A DNA stretch of 33,747 nt, from positions 1 through 33,747 of the forward strand of contig CAYMRI010000001.1 in the NCBI GenBank assembly GCA_964392835.1, read 5' to 3'. Under the pieces are notes generated by a model. The model was not told the DNA's origin. It did no database searches and saw only the letters and a list, made by a program, of their open reading frames with translations. This document shows positions 7,094 to 13,385 of this stretch, in pieces. A program made the translations under genes and the position numbers. The first letter of the stretch is position 1, and every line of letters begins with the position of its first letter. The DNA comes from an uncultured Eubacteriales bacterium (GTDB taxonomy: Bacteria > Bacillota > Clostridia > UBA1212 > CASDQQ01).

Positions 7094-7759
7094 ATGGATT
7101 TTCTATGGTTCAATACCCAGCCTGCTGCCGTTGCCGCAGGTAGGCACACCCTACCCCCGCTTCCTTACGGGTACAGTGCTTTGGAGCCGGTGATGGATGC
7201 CCGTGCATTACGGATTCATCACGACATTTTGCATCAAGGCTATGTGGACGGGTTAAATCGGGCGGAAAAACACCTGGCAGAGGCTCGGGAAAGCGGTAAT
7301 TTGGAGTTGTTGAAATATTGGGAAAACGAGTTAGCCTATCAGGGGTCCGGGCATATTTTGCATAGTGTTTTTTGGACCAATATGCAACCGGCTAACCGGG
7401 CAGTGCAAACCCCACGCTACCGCACCATGCGGGCAATCAAAGAATACTTTGGATCCTACGAGGCGTTTTTGAAACAATTTACGGAAGCCGCCATTTCTGC
7501 TGAGGATAGCGGTTGGAGCATTTTGGTATACCAGCCGGCTTTTGGCCATTTAGAGATTTTGCAGGCCGGCAAGCATCAAAATCATACCCAATGGGGCGGC
7601 ATTCCCATTTTGGTTTTGGATGTGTGGGAACATGCTTACTATTTGAATTATGAAAATCGCCGCAGCGAGTATGTGACGAATTGGATAAAGTTGATTAACT
7701 GGGCAGACGTAGACCGCCGGCTGGAAGCGGCCCAAAATGGGGAGTTGCCGCTGACGTAA
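7094..7759 (+). CDS. Fe/Mn-family superoxide dismutase, 221 aa
   Basis: HTLPPLPYGYSALEPVMDARALRIHHDILHQGYV... and ...DVWEHAYYLNYENRR are signature Fe/Mn SOD blocks. An N-terminal extension of about 18 aa precedes the usual LP.LPY start. RBS GAGGAGG is upstream. Confidence 0.93.
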   Translation: MDFLWFNTQPAAVAAGRHTLPPLPYGYSALEPVMDARALRIHHDILHQGYVDGLNRAEKHLAEARESGNLELLKYWENELAYQGSGHILHSVFWTNMQPANRAVQTPRYRTMRAIKEYFGSYEAFLKQFTEAAISAEDSGWSILVYQPAFGHLEILQAGKHQNHTQWGGIPILVLDVWEHAYYLNYENRRSEYVTNWIKLINWADVDRRLEAAQNGELPLT

Positions 7760-7787
7760 AAAAATGGGCTGTAGCAAAATACAGCCC
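7758..7787 (-). terminator. Intrinsic terminator between the convergent sod and dinJ-like genes
   Basis: GGGCTGTA (7766-7773) pairs with TACAGCCC (7780-7787) around a 6-nt loop. On the minus strand it is followed by A and T7 (7758-7764). On the plus strand there is no U-tract, so it is mainly a minus-strand terminator. Confidence 0.6.
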
Positions 7788-7808
7788 TGCAACATTATGT
7801 ATCGGAAT

Positions 7809-8099
7809 CTAATCATTTCTTGCCGCATTAATTTCTTCGTTAATTTCTTCTAATGTCATATCAGAAATGCCGTTCTTCTGTGCCGTTGCACTCATCTCCT
7901 GCATTGCTTTTACTGCTTCTTCCGCCTTATATTCAGGCTTGGGAAGATGCATACTAAAAGGAATTCCATTTTCCAGCACAGAGCGTTTCAAAAACATTCT
8001 TACTGCGGTGGGAAGATCAATCCCCAACTGTTCATATATCATTGTGGCTTCCGCCTTTAAATCATCATCTATTCTAATTTGTACTAATGAAGTTGCCAT
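7809..8099 (-). CDS. RelB/DinJ-family antitoxin-like ribbon-helix-helix protein with no adjacent toxin gene, 96 aa
   Basis: LVQIRIDDDLKAEATMIYEQLGIDLPTAVRMFLKRSVLENGIPF is a typical DinJ/RelB N-terminal domain. It is about 40% identical by eye to the dinJ at 17301. The start at 8099 follows AAGGAGG. Confidence 0.8.
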   Translation of the reverse strand: MATSLVQIRIDDDLKAEATMIYEQLGIDLPTAVRMFLKRSVLENGIPFSMHLPKPEYKAEEAVKAMQEMSATAQKNGISDMTLEEINEEINAARND

Positions 8100-8115
8100 A
8101 ATAACGCCTCCTTTC

Positions 8116-8146
8116 ATTGCATTTTTGTATTTGTTTGTAATGCAAT
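8116..8146. promoter_or_regulatory. Candidate operator: ATTGCATT-N15-AATGCAAT inverted repeat
   Basis: A perfect 8-bp inverted repeat (8116-8123 with 8139-8146) lies between the minus-strand TATAAT (plus-strand 8145-8150) and the RBS of the dinJ-like gene. It is inside the 135-bp divergent intergenic region shared with the 8235 operon. Confidence 0.45.
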
Positions 8147-8187
8147 TATACTATATTGTATGTTAAATAGCAACTTTTATTCATGCT

Positions 8188-8216
8188 TTGCCAATGTCCC
8201 TCCGCTGTGCTAAAAT
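8188..8216 (+). promoter_or_regulatory. SigmaA-type promoter for the 8235-11808 operon
   Basis: TTGCCA (8188-8193), a 17-nt spacer, then TAAAAT (8211-8216). Confidence 0.5.
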
Positions 8217-8234
8217 AAAAACGAGGTGATTTCT

Positions 8235-9809
8235 ATGAGAAAAATTGGGGTTTGGGCAACATGTGGTTTCTTAGCACTATGCTTAATTACTGCTTTTCTG
8301 TTTAGCACAGGAGAGGTAGCACCCACCATAACGCCAAAAATTCCAGCTCCATCGCCCACCCCCATTGTTCTTGAGCCTGGTTTGGACTTTGGAGAAACCT
8401 ATTTTTCCGAACCACTTGTATATAAAGATTTGGATATTTTTCCCAACATAAAAACGGATACCTGCCAAAATGCAACCTGTGTAGTTTATGGAAGCGGTGA
8501 AGTTTGCTATATCTCAGAACCCTATTCCAAATATGAAAAAAGTCAGGATGGGCAAAAAGCAGCGTTACTGACAACATCCGGAAAACTATGGTTTATTGAT
8601 GCTCATGGAACACAGGTGCTGTCCTGGGATGTTTCTGATTTTTCCCTTGCCGGTAACGGAAGCTATTTATATTATATTAGTAACAGTAAGTTGTATGGCT
8701 ATGACCCCGAAACAACCAATATAGAACTGCTTTACGTCTCTGCGGCAACCATAAGTTTCATGGTGTCCTCCCCTGCCGGCGGTTACTGCGCATTTTCTGA
8801 GTCAACCACCCAAATTCGCGTTTGGAAAAGAAAAAGCGGCACCTCCTTTATCATTGCTTTAGAGACAAAGATAACCTCCGTGGCCGCCATTTCAGAAGAT
8901 GGGCAGTGGATTTATGGTTATTCTCCGGAAATTGGCTTTGTGCGGGTGAATACGGCAAATAATACCATAACACAGCTGTCTGCCACCGGCGACATGATTC
9001 GCAAATTGTATTTTAACAAAGATGCCACCGAGCTGTATTACGAATACGAAGATACGTTGTATTTTTGCAACAGACAAAAAATGCCTATAAAACTTTTAGA
9101 CTTGGATTCATCTTCGTGGAACCCTTTGTTAGAGCAGCAAGACGATGTATATACCAGAGAATATCTCTATGTCGACAATATGTTTTTCTATAACGGAACT
9201 TTTTCTGAGGACGTCTTAGTTTATGGTAGGAATAATTTATATCAATTGAAACGGGACGACGATAACATATCCTTGGAATCCCACTGTGAAAACGTTGTTT
9301 GGCACAATGATTTTTCTGTAATTTACAAAAAGGAAAATACGTTTTGGCATTGTCACATCTATAGCGACCTACCACACCATAATACCATATCTGCAGAAGC
9401 CGCAGCGCAAGGGAGTACAATTGTGAATTATGCCAACTGGTATCCTTACGCCAACGGAATTATCTTTTATATGGATAACAAAATGGTGCTGCATGGGTGT
9501 GACTCCTCGACAAAAGGAGATTTGTTTGCTCTCAATTTTGCTGATGTGACCGACTATGTAATTTCAAAAAATGGCGACAGTCTCTATTTTTTAACAACAA
9601 ATGGTGTCTTACATGGCTATGCTGTGGGAAGGGGAACGCAAATCCAATTGGGGAACTTCCCGTCAATCTCGGATTTCCCCGATGTTTCTCTTTTAGCAGA
9701 AGACGGTGGCGTTTATCTCCGGGATGACAGAGAATCAGAGACCAAAATTTACCGCCTCAGCTTGGAAGCACCTTATATCACATATTTAGGAGAGGAAATT
9801 TATGGGTAA
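8235..9809 (+). CDS. Uncharacterised single-pass membrane protein with an extracytoplasmic beta-propeller-like (TolB/DUF5050-like) domain, paralog 1, 524 aa
   Basis: The N-terminus has one hydrophobic helix (WATCGFLALCLITAFLF) followed by a Pro/Thr linker. Repeated blade-like motifs follow (GNGSYLYYISNSKLYGYD, ISEDGQWIYGYSP, FNKDATELYY, ISKNGDSLYFLT). The ATG at 8235 lies 8 nt after GAGG; the track start at 8226 is a GTG inside the RBS. Confidence 0.75.
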   Translation: MRKIGVWATCGFLALCLITAFLFSTGEVAPTITPKIPAPSPTPIVLEPGLDFGETYFSEPLVYKDLDIFPNIKTDTCQNATCVVYGSGEVCYISEPYSKYEKSQDGQKAALLTTSGKLWFIDAHGTQVLSWDVSDFSLAGNGSYLYYISNSKLYGYDPETTNIELLYVSAATISFMVSSPAGGYCAFSESTTQIRVWKRKSGTSFIIALETKITSVAAISEDGQWIYGYSPEIGFVRVNTANNTITQLSATGDMIRKLYFNKDATELYYEYEDTLYFCNRQKMPIKLLDLDSSSWNPLLEQQDDVYTREYLYVDNMFFYNGTFSEDVLVYGRNNLYQLKRDDDNISLESHCENVVWHNDFSVIYKKENTFWHCHIYSDLPHHNTISAEAAAQGSTIVNYANWYPYANGIIFYMDNKMVLHGCDSSTKGDLFALNFADVTDYVISKNGDSLYFLTTNGVLHGYAVGRGTQIQLGNFPSISDFPDVSLLAEDGGVYLRDDRESETKIYRLSLEAPYITYLGEEIYG

Positions 9810-11808
9810 ACTGTATTACATCACAGGAAATGACCAACAAATGCGGGAAAAAGTTTATTCTGCCATTTTGCAATGGTCTCAGGACCAACAAACAACGCCC
9901 CTGCAGCCTTGGCCTGCAACCCCCAATTTCTATTTGTACGATTACTTAGGGCATGGCACTCAAAACGAGATCGCACAACTGACAGAACTTTATGGCGAAA
10001 ACACCATAGAACCTATTTATTTGCAAAGTGATGCAGAAGATGAAACGGAAACTGCCCTGTTGGAAGCAGGAATTTATCAAAGCTATGACCCACAAACAGA
10101 TTTCCAAAGCTGCATGCAGGAACTGGTGGAAACGGTTTTTACAGGGTATCAAAAAATATCCTATGATTTCACGATAGAAGAGAAAGCACTGCAATCAGAA
10201 AAGGACCCCAAACGCAAAAAAAATTGGCGCCGCGGGTTGCTGCTGATAGGCGGGGTCTTAGTGTTGTGTTTGGTAACGACTTTGATTTCCACCATGACAA
10301 CAAGGAATCAAAAGCAAGATGGTAATCAAATACACATTACGCCGGCTCCTTCCGAAGTTACAACAACCACACCAGAACCAACACCCATGCCAACATTGCC
10401 AATGAGTTCCTCCTCCGCATCAGCAATAGGGGAAACCCGTTTTTCCGAACCGGCAGCCGGTATGGATTGGATAAATGATGTAAAAATGGAGGGTCAAACT
10501 ACCACTTGCGTATCCTATAGCAACGGCATCACCTGCTATATTCCGGGGGTATTGGTGGAATCTCAAACAAGCTGGGATCGACAAGTAGCTGCCCTATTAA
10601 CAGAAGAAGGTAATTTGTGGTGGATTGATAGCTACGGCATCAAAGAACTAGCCCAGAACGTCTTTCTGTTTGCACTTTCCAGAGATGGAAACTATGTATA
10701 TTTTGTCAGCAACCGAATCCTTTATTGCTATGACAAAAGATCGGACACCCGCCAGCGAATGACTTCTCTAACTACTAACTTAAATTCCATGGCTGTTTCC
10801 TATGACGGAGGCTATTGTGCATATGCCTACCCCAACAGGAAAGCTGCTGTAATAGAAAGAGAAAGTGGAACTGTTACAAATTTGGATACAAAACTAATGA
10901 CGTTAGGCGCCGTTTCCACAGACGGACAATGGATATATGGGCAATCCCCTAACGATTTTAGCTATATTCGGGTAAATACCAAAGATTCCTCTTTCATACA
11001 ATTAACTCCTCCCAATGGTGGCGGTAAATTTTACTTTAATAAAGATGCAACACAGCTATATTACGAGGATGATTATATATTGTATTTTTGTGACGAGTCA
11101 GGAACCTGTTCCAAATTATTGGAAGAAAATGAAGAAAATCAATGGTTTTATTTTCTTTCTCATGAATATAAAGATACTGATTTACTTTTTAATTTCTATC
11201 ACGGCTCTTTACAAAATGCTTTCCTTTGCGTCGGTAACAACGTTTATACCTTAAAAAACACAGGAACGGACGGTGCCTATTTAGAAACCGTGCAGGAAAA
11301 TGCCCTTTGGATGTCCTATAATTGTTTCATTTTTAAGGAAGAAACAGATTATATTGCCTATTGTGCTGATTCTGCTAATTGGTGGGAATATAAAAAGCTC
11401 CCAATAGAAACTACAGAGCATTTGTTTTTGGATTATTCCTCTTATGGTATGCTCTTTTATGTAAACGAAAGTGCCGAAGTATGCGGATATTCTATAGAAG
11501 ATGGCAGTACTTATTTAATAGCAGATTTTTATAATGTTTTAGACTGGACACTTGCCAGCGATGGTAGTGTGCTCTACTATATTGAAGATAACATTCTAAA
11601 GGGCTTTTCTGTATGGGAAAAGAGAAGCATTGATCTTTATGATTTTTCCCCTTTCAACGATGAATTTGGTAAGGCAAACATAGAATTGGAATGTAACGGA
11701 TTTGGGGAGGTATATCTCAAAGCTTATACCGCAACAGATTCCGCCATCTACCGACTACAACTACATACAATCAATCCCAAACTCATATATTTGGGAAACT
11801 GTAATTAA
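9802..11808 (+). CDS. Uncharacterised membrane protein, paralog 2, 668 aa. It has a roughly 150-aa cytoplasmic N-domain, a TM helix, a Thr/Pro linker and the beta-propeller-like domain.
   Basis: Its start overlaps the stop of paralog 1 by 8 nt, and RBS AGGAGAGG is upstream. The TM helix is GLLLIGGVLVLCLVTTLISTM. The C-terminal roughly 470 aa are collinear with paralog 1 (GETRFSEP / GETYFSEP, VSTDGQWIYGQSP / ISEDGQWIYGYSP, FYFNKDATQLYYEDDYILYFCDE / LYFNKDATELYYEYEDTLYFCNR). Confidence 0.78.
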   Translation: MGKLYYITGNDQQMREKVYSAILQWSQDQQTTPLQPWPATPNFYLYDYLGHGTQNEIAQLTELYGENTIEPIYLQSDAEDETETALLEAGIYQSYDPQTDFQSCMQELVETVFTGYQKISYDFTIEEKALQSEKDPKRKKNWRRGLLLIGGVLVLCLVTTLISTMTTRNQKQDGNQIHITPAPSEVTTTTPEPTPMPTLPMSSSSASAIGETRFSEPAAGMDWINDVKMEGQTTTCVSYSNGITCYIPGVLVESQTSWDRQVAALLTEEGNLWWIDSYGIKELAQNVFLFALSRDGNYVYFVSNRILYCYDKRSDTRQRMTSLTTNLNSMAVSYDGGYCAYAYPNRKAAVIERESGTVTNLDTKLMTLGAVSTDGQWIYGQSPNDFSYIRVNTKDSSFIQLTPPNGGGKFYFNKDATQLYYEDDYILYFCDESGTCSKLLEENEENQWFYFLSHEYKDTDLLFNFYHGSLQNAFLCVGNNVYTLKNTGTDGAYLETVQENALWMSYNCFIFKEETDYIAYCADSANWWEYKKLPIETTEHLFLDYSSYGMLFYVNESAEVCGYSIEDGSTYLIADFYNVLDWTLASDGSVLYYIEDNILKGFSVWEKRSIDLYDFSPFNDEFGKANIELECNGFGEVYLKAYTATDSAIYRLQLHTINPKLIYLGNCN

Positions 11809-11821
11809 CAAAAGGAGAATT

Positions 11822-12091
11822 ATGGCATACACAGAACTGATTAAAAATTTTGAGCGCATCCGGGACTACATGAAGGAATTTTATGTGTACGGATTTAAAA
11901 GCCGGGACGGATATAACAAGAAAAGTGGCCGTTCCTATGATAACGAGCGCCGTCGTGTGGAAAGCTACCTGGGCGATTACATGGGCTTTCGCCAGACGGC
12001 TGCAGGGAAAAATGTTTTTCTCTCCATCGACAGTCGCTCCTCCGGTTCCAACCACCTAAGTCCTGTGTACAATTTTAAGGCGGATAACTAG
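11822..12091 (+). pseudogene. N-terminal fragment (89 codons) of a WYL-type/HTH transcriptional regulator, apparently truncated
   Basis: MAYTELIKNFERIRDYMKEFYVYGFKSRDGYNKKSGRSYDNERRRVESYLGDYMGFRQ...NVFLSIDSR matches, from memory, the N-terminus of roughly 300-aa Clostridial 'WYL domain-containing' regulators. The frame stops at TAG 12089-12091, inside the first arm (GATAACTAG) of a palindromic repeat cluster. No WYL domain follows. Confidence 0.5.
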
Positions 12092-12169
12092 CACTTTTGC
12101 AGTGGTTATCTACAAAACCGCCAAATGGTTATCTAAAGTAGATAACGAAACCGCACTTTTGTAGACAAC
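12083..12169. repeat. Nested-palindrome intergenic element (copy E2) plus an extra arm
   Basis: Outer inverted repeat: GTTATCTACAAAA (12105-12117) with TTTTGTAGACAAC (12157-12169), separated by 39 nt exactly as in E1. The inner hairpin is GTTATCTA-aag-TAGATAAC (12128-12146), and the inner right arm starts 22 nt after the TTATCTACA core. An extra inverted repeat GATAAC (12083) pairs with GTTATC (12105). The block AAACCG after the inner hairpin is shared with E1. Confidence 0.8.
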
Positions 12170-12215
12170 TTTGGGCTACGGCCAGCATATACTGAAAACA
12201 AAAAGGATGTTTTCT

Positions 12216-12737
12216 ATGCTTGTACAAATTCCGTATAACCGCCAAGCTGCGGTGGCTTATGCCAATCAATGGGCCTTGGGACGAAACCCAAAATACAAAA
12301 ATTTTGATGGTATGGGAGGCGATTGCACCAATTTTGCCTCCCAATGTTTATTTGCCGGCTGTGGCGTCATGAACACCACGCCGGATGTTGGGTGGTACTA
12401 CTATAGCCTGGCCAATCGAGCCCCTGCTTGGTCAGGGGTGGAAGAACTCTACCATTTCCTTACCACCAACGCCCGGAACCCGGCTGCAGTGGGCGCTACC
12501 GGGCCTTACGCCACGGAAACCCAAGATCCCCGGCGGATACAACCCGGGGATTTGGTACAGCTTGGGGACAGCACAGGACATTTTTACCACTCCCCGGTCA
12601 TTACCCGCATCGCCGGACCCGAGCAGATTTTTGTGGCAGCCCACACCTTTGACACCAAGGACCGCCCCCTTTCCTCCTATACTGCATCACAAATTCGTTT
12701 TTTACACATAGAAGGTTGCCGAAAATGGCAATCCTAG
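12216..12737 (+). CDS. Amidase-domain protein (putative 'Amidase_6'-type, NlpC/P60-like Cys peptidase fold), 173 aa
   Basis: YNRQAAVAYANQWALGRNPKYKNFDGMGGDCTNFASQCLFAGCGVMN...WYYYS...APAWSGVEELYHFL matches the remembered pattern of this family (YNR..AV.YA..WA...NP.Y..F...GGDCTNF.SQCL.AG). I chose the ATG at 12216 because AAGGA lies about 9 nt upstream. Confidence 0.75.
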   Translation: MLVQIPYNRQAAVAYANQWALGRNPKYKNFDGMGGDCTNFASQCLFAGCGVMNTTPDVGWYYYSLANRAPAWSGVEELYHFLTTNARNPAAVGATGPYATETQDPRRIQPGDLVQLGDSTGHFYHSPVITRIAGPEQIFVAAHTFDTKDRPLSSYTASQIRFLHIEGCRKWQS

Positions 12738-12778
12738 TGTAAAATAAGAACAATATTTTTCAAGGAGGATTCAGACAA

Positions 12779-13069
12779 ATGATAAAACATGTTGTTTGCT
12801 TTAAATTAAAGGATGCAAGTCCGGAAAACTGTGAAAAAGCCAGAGAAGTACTGGCATCCATGAAAGGCAATGTGGATTTACTGCGTGGCATCGAAGTTGG
12901 TGTGGATATTCTTCGCTCTGCCCGCTCTTATGATGTAATGCTGGAAGTGTGGTTGGACGATATGGCGGCGTTGGATGCCTACCAGGTAGACCCTTATCAT
13001 GTGGGTGTGGTGAGAAAGCACATGCACGCCGTGGCAGAAAGCAGCATTGCGCTGGATATGGAAGTGTAA
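12779..13069 (+). CDS. Dabb-family (stress-responsive alpha/beta-barrel) protein, 96 aa
   Basis: MIKHVVCFKLKD...LLRGIEVG...YDVMLEVWLDDMAALDAYQVDPYHV is a typical Dabb domain. RBS AAGGAGG is upstream. Confidence 0.82.
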   Translation: MIKHVVCFKLKDASPENCEKAREVLASMKGNVDLLRGIEVGVDILRSARSYDVMLEVWLDDMAALDAYQVDPYHVGVVRKHMHAVAESSIALDMEV

Positions 13070-13087
13070 GTGAGAAAAATGGAAAGA

Positions 13088-13110
13088 GGCTGTTTCACAC
13101 AGCCCCTTTT
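13088..13110 (+). terminator. Probable intrinsic terminator after the Dabb gene
   Basis: GGCTGT (13088-13093) pairs with ACAGCC (13099-13104) around a 5-nt loop, followed by CCTTTT. Both the stem and the U-tract are short. Confidence 0.45.
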
Positions 13111-13151
13111 AAACTGATGCCAAAGTCATTTTACTTCTGAATTGTATGGTG

Positions 13152-13360
13152 TTTAACTACAAAACTAAGATTTTTGCGTAAAATGTAGTTAAAGTTCCAT
13201 TAAAGCTTAAGTCATTTAACTACAAAAAGACATTTTAAAAATTAAATGTAGTTAAACTTAACTGCAAACTGGTAAATTCGGAATGAAATGCAGTTAAAGT
13301 ACCGATTGACTCCTAAGTATTTAACTACAAATGAATGGTTTCAGCACAAAATGCAGTTAA
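13152..13360. repeat. Array of four palindromic units, TTTAACTRCA-N22-TGYAGTTAA
   Basis: U1 is 13152-13161 with 13184-13193. U2 is 13215-13224 with 13247-13256. U3 is 13258-13266 with 13289-13297 (TTAACTGCA with TGCAGTTAA). U4 is 13320-13329 with 13352-13360 (one mismatch). Every loop is exactly 22 nt, the loop sequences are unrelated, and all start with AA and end with AAA. The array lies in the gap between the convergent Dabb and sigma genes. Confidence 0.85.
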
Positions 13361-13385
13361 CCATCATGGAGAAAAGCAAATACTG

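Noticed and set aside
11702-12091. The 129-aa version of the WYL-fragment ORF, starting inside the preceding gene.
   Set aside because: The first 40 codons overlap the 3' end of the 9802-11808 CDS in another frame. The homology-bearing sequence starts at the Met at 11822, which has AAGGAGAA upstream.
13152-13360. Possible CRISPR array: regularly spaced short repeats with variable 22-nt 'spacers'.
   Set aside because: The repeats are only 9-10 nt and alternate in orientation, so they form inverted pairs. One junction has an 11-nt spacing. No cas genes or leader are present, and related single units occur at two other loci. It is better described as a palindromic repeat family.
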